Shown in pieces: positions 7,423 to 16,790 of a DNA stretch of 42,694 bases. The notes below the pieces were generated by a model. That model was not told the DNA's origin, did not search any database, and was given only the letters and a program-made list of their open reading frames with translations. Where the stretch lies: positions 1 through 42,694 of IMG/VR virus record IMGVR_UViG_3300008255_000209. One strand, written 5' to 3'. The position numbers and the translations under genes were made by a program. Positions within the stretch are counted from its first letter, which is position 1; the number at the start of each line of letters is the position of its first letter. The stretch comes from a virus (lineage: Duplodnaviria > Caudoviricetes).

Positions 7423-7983
7423 ATGAAAAACTTCATCTACGACGCGCTCCTTCCCGGAACAAAGGTCCAGATCAGCACGGTAAATCACGTTGTTGCTGAG
7501 ATCATGAGTCTTGACGATCCCATCCCCGTGCTGTCGGAAAAGCAAAACCTGTATTGGCTTGGAGGAGTTCATCCCGATAAGGTCGGGAGAGCCGGCGATG
7601 ATGACATCATCGCGAAGAATTATTTTTACGTTGATTTTGATATCCGATCCCACAATGAACACATTACAATAACCGATCAGGATATCAAGGATGCCTGGAG
7701 CTGGATGAAAGCCGGTCTTGACGCCCACGAGCTCTTGAAGTCCTGGAGCTATTGCGTGTTCTCAGGGAATGGTCTTCACGTGTATTATTTTCTCCCCGAT
7801 AGTTTTACCGACAAAAAAGAATACGCCGCCGCCGTTGGATCAATCGCCGTTTTGGCGGGAAAAGAAACAATGTGCCTGAACGAGGTTGATACTTCGTGCG
7901 TGAATATCGGGAGACTTGCGAGGCTCCCCGGCTCGATAAACCAAAAAACAGGCCAGCGTGTTGTCTTAATTGATTCACAATGA
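7423..7983 (+). CDS. Archaeo-eukaryotic primase (AEP) catalytic domain
   Basis: Motif I YVDFD, motif II SGNGLHVY, RLARLPGSIN; start reassigned to ATG 7423. Confidence 0.85.
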   Translation: MKNFIYDALLPGTKVQISTVNHVVAEIMSLDDPIPVLSEKQNLYWLGGVHPDKVGRAGDDDIIAKNYFYVDFDIRSHNEHITITDQDIKDAWSWMKAGLDAHELLKSWSYCVFSGNGLHVYYFLPDSFTDKKEYAAAVGSIAVLAGKETMCLNEVDTSCVNIGRLARLPGSINQKTGQRVVLIDSQ

Positions 7984-9233
7984 ATGCTCAAGACTTGAGG
8001 GACATAGCGGCCATAGCGTTTGCTGAGGAAGAATTGAAAAGTTTCGCACCCCTCAAACAATCCGATGTATTCGACAAAATTGACCAAGTCCCTATCGCCA
8101 CACTGGTTGAGAATCATTTTGGCTGGGAGTTCGACGGAAAGAATTTCAAAAAAGGCGACGGAAAAACAGTGGGGTGTTTTGTTCCGGAAGGCAAGAATTT
8201 TCTTGTTCACGGCGGGACAGAGCATCTACCGCAGGAGAAGAAAGGCTACAGCCCGTTCCTTTTCGTTAAAACGGTCAATTCTTTGGATAACAAACAAACC
8301 TTTGCGTGGTTTGCCGACCGATACGGGATTAAGGCTGAAAAATTATCACAACAAAAAACAGGGGAGAAGCATGGTAAAACTTTCCATCCGGGAAAAATGA
8401 AAGATGAGATTCTCGCTTCCATGCGCTCAGGTATCGGGACCCCCTACACGTGGGGGACCCAAAAACTCAATGATGCGTTTTCTCCGATTGAGCGTGGGAA
8501 TTATATTGTGCTCGGCGGAGAAACGGGACTTGGCAAAACGGTTTTTTCTTTGTTTCTCGGTCTTCAGAACGCCGCTAAGGGGCTAAAGGTTCTTTATCTC
8601 TCGTTCGAGATGGCGAACAAGGGGCTGATTCGGAGGTATGCCCGGGACGTAGCGGGTATCTCAGAGCGGGAATGGGAATCAGGGAAGATTCCCGAAGAAA
8701 AAATTTTAAAAGCTGGCGAGGCAGTTAGCTCTTTTCCTGATGGTTTTTTTCTTCACGAATTTGATACTGATACTCCCATCACGGTTGAAGCCGTTCGGAA
8801 GGTTCACGAAAAAGACGGGCCATTCGACATGATTATTATCGACAATCTCGGTTTTTTGGATGGAGAGGGAGAGCAAGAGAACGTCCGGCAATCCAAGGTA
8901 TCGAGGGATATTGTTAAGCTCAGTAAGGAGCTCTCAAACCAGGCTTGTGTTATTGTTCTTCATCACTTTAGGAAGGGTGGGGACGGCAAGCCCAGGACGA
9001 TCAACGATCTTTTGGGCTCAGGGAAGATAGGCCATGACGTTTCGTATTTTGTTCAGGTCTGGAGAAATCAGGATGAAGATATTGCATATGAGGAAAAAGC
9101 GAAACTACTGGTGCTTCTCCAAAAAAACAGGGAATGGGGGCGTTTTGGGAGGGAGACCGTGTTTTATCACGCAGGGGGATTCCATGATCACGATCAACGG
9201 TTATTGCCTGCCGCCAAACGTTTATTTTCTTAA
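7980..9233 (+). CDS. DnaB-like (SF4) replicative helicase
   Basis: Walker A GETGLGKT, LSFEM, Walker B IIIDNL, GSGKI, KNR; ATGA overlap with the primase. Confidence 0.92.
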   Translation: MNAQDLRDIAAIAFAEEELKSFAPLKQSDVFDKIDQVPIATLVENHFGWEFDGKNFKKGDGKTVGCFVPEGKNFLVHGGTEHLPQEKKGYSPFLFVKTVNSLDNKQTFAWFADRYGIKAEKLSQQKTGEKHGKTFHPGKMKDEILASMRSGIGTPYTWGTQKLNDAFSPIERGNYIVLGGETGLGKTVFSLFLGLQNAAKGLKVLYLSFEMANKGLIRRYARDVAGISEREWESGKIPEEKILKAGEAVSSFPDGFFLHEFDTDTPITVEAVRKVHEKDGPFDMIIIDNLGFLDGEGEQENVRQSKVSRDIVKLSKELSNQACVIVLHHFRKGGDGKPRTINDLLGSGKIGHDVSYFVQVWRNQDEDIAYEEKAKLLVLLQKNREWGRFGRETVFYHAGGFHDHDQRLLPAAKRLFS

Positions 9234-9463
9234 TTTTTTTATATGGATCCCGATTTTGGCCTAAGGGCGGAAGAAGATTATGAGCTCGAGACCTAAACTA
9301 GACACCCCTCCATTCTTCACCTGCTGCCCGTAGCGAGGAGAAAGGGGTATAAGTGGTGTCGTCTATCCACTTGACTATTTTTAGCGCTTAAAACGAATCG
9401 TAGGAGGTAAAAAAGAGAAGGCCGCAGGATTGCCCCTACGACCTCTTTGTGTCGTAACACCTT

Positions 9464-10063
9464 TTATTCTTCTTTTTTTGCCATCAGCAAGCCGCTGAGC
9501 TCCTCCCATTCCACCATGATGGGTTTCTCAGGGCTTGAGACCGTGAGTTTGATTGCGTCTTTCCCCTCAAAGGCTTTTAGCAGTTTTATCAAAAGCTTAG
9601 GGTCGAGTGTGACGGAACGCGTGTCGGATTCAGGCCCGTAAAAAAGTTTATCCATCGGGCCTGTCTCAGGAAAAGTATCAGTCTCTTTTTGGAGCGTTAT
9701 TGATCTTTTATCCATGTTGTCGTCGCATGTTGTAATCTCAATACTGTTTTCTGTTTCGTTTGTGAAAATAGCCTGTTCCAGAATAGGGAGTTTTTGTTTT
9801 TTATTGAATTTGAGGCTTTTCGTTATTGCCGCGCCGTTGAGCAGAATTGGGCTCGAAAGTTCTGCTTTGCTTGTGTCAGGAAAGTCCGGAAATTCGCTGA
9901 TGTCCGTGCTCTTTTCTTTTGTTCTGTCGATTCTTAACATGAGATATGAGTCTGTTGCGTATATTTTCGCCTTATCAATATAGACGTTTCCAAGGGCCGG
10001 CCTGACTGAGTTTTTAGAAACCAGCTTTGCTGCTTCGATGATGGTGGGAGTAAGGGTTTTCAT
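9464..10063 (-). CDS. Truncated DNA polymerase III beta-clamp-like protein
   Basis: RPALGNVYI...ATDSY, FPD, LDPKLL, KPIMV...GLLM resemble DnaN domains 2-3; only 199 aa. Confidence 0.7.
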   Translation of the reverse strand: MKTLTPTIIEAAKLVSKNSVRPALGNVYIDKAKIYATDSYLMLRIDRTKEKSTDISEFPDFPDTSKAELSSPILLNGAAITKSLKFNKKQKLPILEQAIFTNETENSIEITTCDDNMDKRSITLQKETDTFPETGPMDKLFYGPESDTRSVTLDPKLLIKLLKAFEGKDAIKLTVSSPEKPIMVEWEELSGLLMAKKEE

Positions 10064-10073
10064 GAGGTAATTG

Positions 10074-10436
10074 TTAGGATTTAACGGGAAGAGCTTTGAT
10101 AAAGCATTTTAATTGGAAGATGATGCCTTTATAGAGTTCTGAAAAATTGTTGAACTCTTCAGGAGTTAGTTCTTGTAAGTCGGTGTAAATATCAAGTATG
10201 GCTACCGTTTTATGTGTTGCCAGTATAGCTTTTTGTAGTTCTTTTTTAGCTTGTTTTGGTAGGAGTGCGGACGCTTCCGCAACATGTAGGACAATACTCG
10301 TTGAAGTGTTCACGAGGGCAGGGTAGAGACTGCTTTTCTCGAAAATTTCTTTCATGTTTTCGAGTTCGATGAATATTTTTTTCGCCTCCTGATAAACCTT
10401 GTAATCGAGGAAGCGGAAGGTGGTATAGGTTTTCAT
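10074..10436 (-). CDS. Four-helix bundle protein (23S rRNA IVP / Avd-like fold)
   Basis: FRFLDYKVYQEA, SIVLHVAEAS, 120 aa all-helical. Confidence 0.75.
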   Translation of the reverse strand: MKTYTTFRFLDYKVYQEAKKIFIELENMKEIFEKSSLYPALVNTSTSIVLHVAEASALLPKQAKKELQKAILATHKTVAILDIYTDLQELTPEEFNNFSELYKGIIFQLKCFIKALPVKS

Positions 10437-10478
10437 GGAGTAAAAATTAAGAAATAGGAAAATAAAACTACTTCCGAA

Positions 10479-11042
10479 CTAAGGGAGGTCGTAGACTTGT
10501 TGGGGGTTGCAACACTCGTAAGCTTCCTCCTCGGTCTCGTAGATCTCCCCAATATTATCTTGCCACGCGGCTATTACCGTTCCTCCTCTCTCTGCCTCCG
10601 GTTGCTCTTCATAGGCTGCAGCTATGTAGGATAACGACCCATCCTTTGCCCTTTCAGCCCAAATGTAGGTGATTGTGGAGTACCATATTTTCGTCGCCGC
10701 CTCCGGTTCAGGGGAGTATCCTTCATCGTTGTCAAAGATAATGCTGTCATTATCCGCATAGTATTCCCCTCCGTGTGGTCTTCTCTTGCCGGTGTTCGAT
10801 CTGTGGCTGTCTATGGTAGGCGAGGATTCTATGGGTACTTCGTACCGCTCAACTGTGAAGCTCTCTCCACGCCCTCGACCCCCGTTGAAGCTCTCTGCAT
10901 TTATCGCCTCCCAGAGCTTATCTGTTTCTTCTTTTTCGAATATCCGTATAGAGCTATTATTATAATAGCGAGTGCGGAGCGCGTATATAGACTTGGTTGT
11001 AGCCGACGCATCGGCTCCGATATGTGATGTCTCTGGTCCCAT
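10479..11042 (-). CDS. Hypothetical acidic protein
   Basis: 187-aa ORF directly downstream of promoter P4. Confidence 0.65.
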   Translation of the reverse strand: MGPETSHIGADASATTKSIYALRTRYYNNSSIRIFEKEETDKLWEAINAESFNGGRGRGESFTVERYEVPIESSPTIDSHRSNTGKRRPHGGEYYADNDSIIFDNDEGYSPEPEAATKIWYSTITYIWAERAKDGSLSYIAAAYEEQPEAERGGTVIAAWQDNIGEIYETEEEAYECCNPQQVYDLP

Positions 11043-11072
11043 AAGATGGAATTAAAGAATAAGACTACAGCG

Positions 11073-11101
11073 AGTATATTCCCTCTCTCAGGTGAAGTCA
11101 A
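11073..11101 (-). promoter_or_regulatory. Sigma70-type early promoter P4
   Basis: TTGACT-17 bp-TATACT. Confidence 0.82.
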
Positions 11102-11145
11102 GTAGATTACTGTATACAGATTAAGTTATATGTGTTGTAGTGTTG

Positions 11146-11154
11146 TGGTATAGT
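11146..11154 (+). promoter_or_regulatory. Extended -10 promoter candidate for terS
   Basis: TGnTATAGT with no clear -35; a similar TGnTACAGT lies at 12078-12086 before terL. Confidence 0.5.
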
Positions 11155-11180
11155 GAGAGAGATATTCGTAATAATTATGT

Positions 11181-11621
11181 ATGAGGAATCCGGACACTTT
11201 TACTGACCGAGAAAACGCTCTTCTCCAAAAAAAAAGACAGCTTGTCCAAATGAGAAAAAATAAAAGAGCACCCTCCGCAAAACAGTTTAACGCGATGAAA
11301 AATCTGGTCGTGAATGGAGGAAACGTGGCTAAGGCGATGCGTGACGCAGGCTATTCAGCGCAGACAGCGAAGTCTCCGGCCAAGTTGACAAAAAGCGAGG
11401 GGTTTAGAGCGTTATGCGATGAGCTGAAGTTTGATAACCGTTTCGTTATTTCCGCACTTAAAGACGATGTGATGAATAAGCCAGGACATAGAATCGGTGA
11501 ATTGACCTTGGCAAGCCGTATTCTGGGCCTCGTCCAGCCTCCACAAGTGAAAACCACCGTGAATGTTCTGAACACGACAATATCAGAGGATCGGAAAAAA
11601 GAGATACTTGATATCCTCTGA
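11181..11621 (+). CDS. terS: Terminase small subunit (putative)
   Basis: HTH-like KAMRDAGYSAQTAK; upstream of TerL. Confidence 0.7.
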   Translation: MRNPDTFTDRENALLQKKRQLVQMRKNKRAPSAKQFNAMKNLVVNGGNVAKAMRDAGYSAQTAKSPAKLTKSEGFRALCDELKFDNRFVISALKDDVMNKPGHRIGELTLASRILGLVQPPQVKTTVNVLNTTISEDRKKEILDIL

Positions 11622-11624
11622 GTA

Positions 11625-11650
11625 TTTCGCACAAGGTATTTTGTGCGAAT
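11625..11650. repeat. Inverted repeat TTCGCACAA/TTGTGCGAA
   Basis: Perfect 9-bp arms immediately after terS. Confidence 0.7.
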
Positions 11651-11903
11651 TACTCATTATCAATGGCTTGTTTATGCGCTTAAATCGTAAGGGGTTGACT
11701 GTTGCCTTGTGGCGAAAGATATATTATACCACTTTTGGAGCTTGAATCGGGCCACCTATATCGAGGGGAGGGTGTCTATGCCCATATGTTCATTTTTGTT
11801 GTTGTATAGACACTGAGAACATAATCTATGAATAGATTATCATTAAGCTTGGCTACCCCTACCCCCCCGCTTGGGACTCCTGTATGTATGTATAAGCATT
11901 CCT

Positions 11904-12077
11904 AACTCCACCGCTCTACCTGCACCACTCACCTTTTTCAAAAAATTTTCCAAAAAAAACTCCACCGCTCTACCTGCACCACTCACCTTTTCTAAAAAAA
12001 ATCCAAAAAATCTCCAACTCTCTCTACTCTCACATTTACCTTTTCTAAAAAAACCCAAAAAAAAATCCAAAAAAAAA
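11904..12077 (+). repeat. 34-bp direct repeats with A-tracts (candidate packaging/terminus region)
   Basis: aactccaccgctctacctgcaccactcacctttt at 11904-11937 and 11958-11991; degenerate third copy ~12012-12044. Confidence 0.8.
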
Positions 12078-12109
12078 TGGTACAGTGGGCGTGATATTTA
12101 AGAAGCCTT

Positions 12110-13795
12110 ATGCTTAATCCGGAAAGACTCAGGTTTAAAAGAGAAGTTGTAACAAAGATGTTGGAAGGCACTGTGGACGAGCGCAAGTTTATTTGCGAGC
12201 AGGAGTTCAAGTATTTCTGCATCTATTACTTCTCCGATTTTTTCACTCATAAGACAGCGGACTTTCACTTTGAGGCGTACAATGATCTCAAGTTTGAGAA
12301 ACACAAGTACCTTATCTGGGAGTGGTTCAGAGAATCCGGCAAGAGTTCTATGGCCAAGATGTTTATCATCTGGTGCATTTGTTTTTCAAAAAAGAGATAC
12401 ATAATTTTCGTATGTTACGAGAAGGACACGGCCAAATCAAGGCTCTATGATATAGCGTTCTGGCTTCAGACCAACAAATATATTCTGGAAGACTTTGGAC
12501 AACTCTTTTTTGAAGACGACGCGAACAGAGGCAAGTTTTCGAGGAAGAAGTCAATAGGGGAGTTTATCACGACGAACAAGATCAAGATTGAAGCGAACAG
12601 CACCCAGGAGCCGCTACGAGGCCGCGTTTACGATCAGTACAGGCCCGACTTAATATTTTTCGATGATTTTGAGAATGAGCTGACGAAAAGATCATTTCCG
12701 ATCACTCAGAACATTATTCGCAATATGGATGAGGCGATGACGGGGTTGGGCGGGGATGGGAACATGGTATTTTTATGCAATTACATTAGCGATATGGGGG
12801 CGGTTGAGCGACTACACCAGATGGCCGAGAAAGACCCCTTATTCAAGCTTCATCATGTTGATTTAGTGGAGGAAATAGGGGAGACGGGGGAGCTGAGAAC
12901 GGGAAAGATTGCGTGGCCCACGAAGTATGTGTTTACTGATGTGGAAGCAAAAGCGATAAATGCGATGGTAGAGGATAAAAAAAAGCATGTTATTTCGATA
13001 GAGGAGAAGAAGAGGACGTTTAATTCGACGGGGGGAAGAAAATTATTTGAGCAGGAGATGCTAAACCAGCCCATTGTGAGGGGGGAGAAGCTTTTTGATC
13101 CCGAGGTGATCAGGAAGATGATAGCGGCTGACGCGAGGCCCTGCGAGAGTGTTGTGGGGGACTGGCAGTTTTGGGGGAAGTATGAGCCTCATCACAGGTA
13201 CGGGATGGGGGCTGACGTAGCTGAGGGGATAGGGGGTGACGCTTCGGCAGCGGTTTTATTTGATTTTTCAGCGCATCCAAGGGCAAAAGTGGTGGGGGTG
13301 TACAGTTCTGACCGGATAGCCCCTGATCTATTTGCGTATGAATTGGATAATGTTGGGAGGAAGTTTGGGGAGTGCCTGATAGCTCCTGAGAGGAACGGCG
13401 CGGGGTATTCGACGGTCTCGAAGCTGGTGGAATTGTATAATAATGTGTATGAGCAGGAAGAGGGGGGGGATATGATCAATGCCGGGGAAAGAGCGCCTAC
13501 AAGGTACGGGTTCCAGACGAACGGGAGGACGAAGCCGATGATTATTTTTGATTTGAAGAGGGACGTGGAGGACGGGCTGATAGAAGTTCCCGACATAGGG
13601 CTATTGAATGAGCTATTGTCGTATAATCAGGACGAGTTAAGGACAGCAAAGACGAGGGAGGGGACAACAAAACATTTTGATAAACTGATGGCAATGGCTA
13701 TAGCATGGCATTTACGGGCTTCAGCTACGATCAGAGGGCTGAAGAGAGTTCCTGAGACACCACTTGATAAAGAATCCCGATTCGACATTATTTAA
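12110..13795 (+). CDS. terL: Terminase large subunit
   Basis: Walker A RESGKS, Walker B IFFDDFE, RNase H-like GADVAEG.GGDAS, HFDKLMA. Confidence 0.95.
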   Translation: MLNPERLRFKREVVTKMLEGTVDERKFICEQEFKYFCIYYFSDFFTHKTADFHFEAYNDLKFEKHKYLIWEWFRESGKSSMAKMFIIWCICFSKKRYIIFVCYEKDTAKSRLYDIAFWLQTNKYILEDFGQLFFEDDANRGKFSRKKSIGEFITTNKIKIEANSTQEPLRGRVYDQYRPDLIFFDDFENELTKRSFPITQNIIRNMDEAMTGLGGDGNMVFLCNYISDMGAVERLHQMAEKDPLFKLHHVDLVEEIGETGELRTGKIAWPTKYVFTDVEAKAINAMVEDKKKHVISIEEKKRTFNSTGGRKLFEQEMLNQPIVRGEKLFDPEVIRKMIAADARPCESVVGDWQFWGKYEPHHRYGMGADVAEGIGGDASAAVLFDFSAHPRAKVVGVYSSDRIAPDLFAYELDNVGRKFGECLIAPERNGAGYSTVSKLVELYNNVYEQEEGGDMINAGERAPTRYGFQTNGRTKPMIIFDLKRDVEDGLIEVPDIGLLNELLSYNQDELRTAKTREGTTKHFDKLMAMAIAWHLRASATIRGLKRVPETPLDKESRFDII

Positions 13796-13842
13796 GAACG
13801 TGAATAGAATAAAAAAGTAAAAGAACTGATAATTTTTTGGTT

Positions 13843-15849
13843 ATGGAAGACTATATGAAGACAGGGGAGGTCTGGCAAAGGAATGATATTCAGAAACCTG
13901 AGTACAGTGAGGAGGAGGAGGGGTATCGGACGTTTGTGGTGGCACGGCTTCAGGACGCGAAGACGAGGAGGGATCAGGCATGGCCTGAGTTTAATGATAT
14001 GGACTATCAGACCTGGTGGGTCACGAACAATAAGGCAGGGCATTCGTATATCCGGCCCAAGCAGAACCAGGCGGATACGAGGGTTGTAACGGGGACAACG
14101 GAAGAGAAGGTAAACACGCTGCTTTCGGCGGCATTGAATAATAATTTCGCTCCGAACGTGATGGCGTATGACAAGTACAACTTGCCCTTAATTGAGACGG
14201 GGAAGGTCATGGAGAATATGATTAAGAAGAGTAGGGAGATAGAAGACCCCTGTTATGATGAGTTTCGGATTGGGGCGTATGAGGAGTTTTTCAATCAGGG
14301 AACGGTTTTTATTGAGGAGCGGTATTTGGAGTTAAGGATACCTCAGAAGCGATTGAACAAGTTGGACTGGGCGGAGGTGGGGGATATTAAAAAAATTTCA
14401 TGGGAGACAAAATTTGAGACACGGAAGCAGTGCCAGTCGGTTGTGATTCCGGGGGTGAATGTGTATTTGGGGTCAATGAAAGAGTTTTATATGAGCAGAC
14501 AGCCCTACGTCTTCACGAGAGAGATTATCACGAGGGGTCAGGCCAAGGCGTTGTATGGGGGCTGGGAGAGGTGGAAGAATGTGCCTTTGGGGGCTGAGGC
14601 GTTATTTGACACGGATGACACCAGTAAGCCCTATAATGATTATATGAAAGATGTTCAGCCGACGAAGGGGGTAGAGGATGAGAAAGTGGAAGTGATCAGG
14701 TATCAGGATAAATGGAATAATGAGTTTATGGTTTTCTTGAACGGGGTAATGATGCTGCCGATCAGGTTTCCTCTATCGGCTCTTTTAGGGGAGGCTGATT
14801 ATACGATTGCGAAAGGTGATGCGTTTCCTATTTCAGCTCATTTTGCGTATTCCAAGAGTGTTCCTGCCAAGACGAAGGTGGAGCAGGCTGTATTTGATGA
14901 ACTGATGCGGTTAATGGTTTTAAAGACACAGCAGTCGTTTCAGCCTCCCATGGCAAACAACACGGGCAAAATTCTTTCAAGGAATGTTCTTTTCCCGGGC
15001 ATGATGACGGAAGACATTGATGCCAATAAGCTGAAGCCATTAACGGATTCCAGAGGGGTAAGCCCCTCAGAGTTTGATTCTCTATCGTTTATGAAGTCAA
15101 TTATTGACGGGAAGAGCGTGAATCCTATTATGGAAGGGCAGGCGGCTTCGGGTGAGCAGACAGCAAGAGAGATTATTGAGCTGAAACAACAGTCCATGCA
15201 GAAGATGGGGCTGCCGATTCTGGGCCTTGTGAACCTGGAGCGCAAACTGGCGTGGTTGCGCCTGAAGAACATTATTCAGAACTGGACTTCTCCTGTTGAT
15301 AAAAAGGTGGCAGGGATAGGTGGAGAGCTTGTTGATGTCTTCAGGAATATCACGGTTGATACGGAGCTGGAAGACGGGTCTAAAGGGCAGATGATCATAC
15401 AGATGGGAAAGGGGTCTTTTCCTGATTCAGGGCAGGTTATGGCTGAGGAAGAATTGCTCTCAAGGCGGTTTAGGAAGAACACGAGAAAGGTGTACCTATC
15501 CCCAAAACAGCTCACAAGCGTGACTCATACATGGTTTATTTCTGTTGTTCCGACACAAAAAGAAAATTCAGAGCTGAGGGTGGCGATGTTTAATGAGACT
15601 ATTCAGGCGGGGTATGCTCTTTTTGGGCCTCAATCATTCAATAACGAACACATTAAGTCGAGATGGGCGATTCTAAACGGAGAAGACCCTAGTAAAATGT
15701 TTCTTCAACAAAGTCCGCAAAACGCAAATGGTATGGTTGGTCAACAGGAAGGGATAGGAACTAATATCAATCAGCAGTTGACTCAGGGGCAGAGGCCCCA
15801 AAGAACACAAAAGCAGCAGCAGGGGGTTAATGCTCTTGTGAATGCTTAG
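13843..15849 (+). CDS. Portal protein (P22-like)
   Basis: ~670 aa after TerL; GEQTAREI motif; Q-rich tail. Confidence 0.85.
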   Translation: MEDYMKTGEVWQRNDIQKPEYSEEEEGYRTFVVARLQDAKTRRDQAWPEFNDMDYQTWWVTNNKAGHSYIRPKQNQADTRVVTGTTEEKVNTLLSAALNNNFAPNVMAYDKYNLPLIETGKVMENMIKKSREIEDPCYDEFRIGAYEEFFNQGTVFIEERYLELRIPQKRLNKLDWAEVGDIKKISWETKFETRKQCQSVVIPGVNVYLGSMKEFYMSRQPYVFTREIITRGQAKALYGGWERWKNVPLGAEALFDTDDTSKPYNDYMKDVQPTKGVEDEKVEVIRYQDKWNNEFMVFLNGVMMLPIRFPLSALLGEADYTIAKGDAFPISAHFAYSKSVPAKTKVEQAVFDELMRLMVLKTQQSFQPPMANNTGKILSRNVLFPGMMTEDIDANKLKPLTDSRGVSPSEFDSLSFMKSIIDGKSVNPIMEGQAASGEQTAREIIELKQQSMQKMGLPILGLVNLERKLAWLRLKNIIQNWTSPVDKKVAGIGGELVDVFRNITVDTELEDGSKGQMIIQMGKGSFPDSGQVMAEEELLSRRFRKNTRKVYLSPKQLTSVTHTWFISVVPTQKENSELRVAMFNETIQAGYALFGPQSFNNEHIKSRWAILNGEDPSKMFLQQSPQNANGMVGQQEGIGTNINQQLTQGQRPQRTQKQQQGVNALVNA

Positions 15850-15873
15850 CTAGAGATATTTAAACGATAAAAA

Positions 15874-16119
15874 ATGTTTTGTCAGAACTGTTCCATTGAG
15901 AAAGAAGACGGGCACAAGTGTTATATTGACGTGGATGAGAAGTATTTTAACGAAAGCATCATGGATGCTTTTTTTATCAGATGCTCTCTCTGTCAGACCT
16001 GTTCGGGTTTAGGCGCTGTCAGGAAGTCGGGGCAGTGGAAGAGGATACAAAACACAAGAAATGTTGATTTTTCAAAGGGGTATATTTGCCCTGTCTGTGC
16101 TTCAGGGCTTCATTTGTAA
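15874..16119 (+). CDS. Small Cys-rich zinc-finger protein
   Basis: Three CxxC pairs. Confidence 0.7.
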   Translation: MFCQNCSIEKEDGHKCYIDVDEKYFNESIMDAFFIRCSLCQTCSGLGAVRKSGQWKRIQNTRNVDFSKGYICPVCASGLHL

Positions 16120-16122
16120 AAC

Positions 16123-16497
16123 ATGAAACGATGGCTCCAAAACATTATAAAAGGCTGGTACATGCGTTTTTGTGATCCTGATATTGTGGCCATGACAAGG
16201 ACTCAGCTTTATGGCGTTGGCCCGACCGACCTTCTTTTAACATTAAGCAAAGAGAACTATGATCTTTTTGTCAAAGATTGTGATAATCTGATGAAGAACC
16301 CCACGTTTCATTTGGTCATAGACCATATTATGATGACTCAGCGTGATTATGCCATGAACAAAGCCCGCGAGTGGGAGGAGGTGAAGTTCGCGAGGGGCCA
16401 GATATCAGGGGCTTCTCTGGTGAGGGAGTTTGTACAGGCAAAATCTTCCGATCTCCCAAAAGCACCCGCCTGGTTTGACAAGAATGATGTTATTTAA
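16123..16497 (+). CDS. Hypothetical protein (head module)
   Basis: Tightly packed ORF between portal and scaffold. Confidence 0.7.
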   Translation: MKRWLQNIIKGWYMRFCDPDIVAMTRTQLYGVGPTDLLLTLSKENYDLFVKDCDNLMKNPTFHLVIDHIMMTQRDYAMNKAREWEEVKFARGQISGASLVREFVQAKSSDLPKAPAWFDKNDVI

Positions 16498-16502
16498 AAG
16501 TT

Positions 16503-16781
16503 ATGGATATCAATTGGTCAGTCCGCTTTCCTGCTATTCAGGTGAAGCCCTGTGAGGGGTGTGATGGGACGGGGGCGCAGGTAAATGAGTTTGGTATGAT
16601 TAAGATGTGTGAGGTGTGCGGAGTGGATTACAGGGGCTGGCAGAATAAGTATGGCTCAGACCGTGCCGAGTTTCCTGTTTTTTATGTGGACACGGAACAG
16701 AACGTGAAGGTGCTGGTGGATAAGAGCAAGGATTATATTTTACTTCCAAACGGAGAAAGTATTCCGTCATTTACTTCTTAA
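16503..16781 (+). CDS. Zinc-ribbon protein
   Basis: CEGCDGTG...CEVCG. Confidence 0.65.
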   Translation: MDINWSVRFPAIQVKPCEGCDGTGAQVNEFGMIKMCEVCGVDYRGWQNKYGSDRAEFPVFYVDTEQNVKVLVDKSKDYILLPNGESIPSFTS

Positions 16782-16790
16782 TATTTTTAT

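Noticed and set aside
10074-10436. Complete diversity-generating retroelement
   Set aside because: No reverse transcriptase and no TR/VR pair found in the window
11904-12044. 34-bp repeats as a mini CRISPR array
   Set aside because: Intervening sequences are ~20-nt low-complexity A-tracts, repeats are non-palindromic and degenerate, and no cas genes are present
11843-12304. Short ORFs across the terS-terL spacer
   Set aside because: Translations simply mirror the repeats and homopolymer tracts
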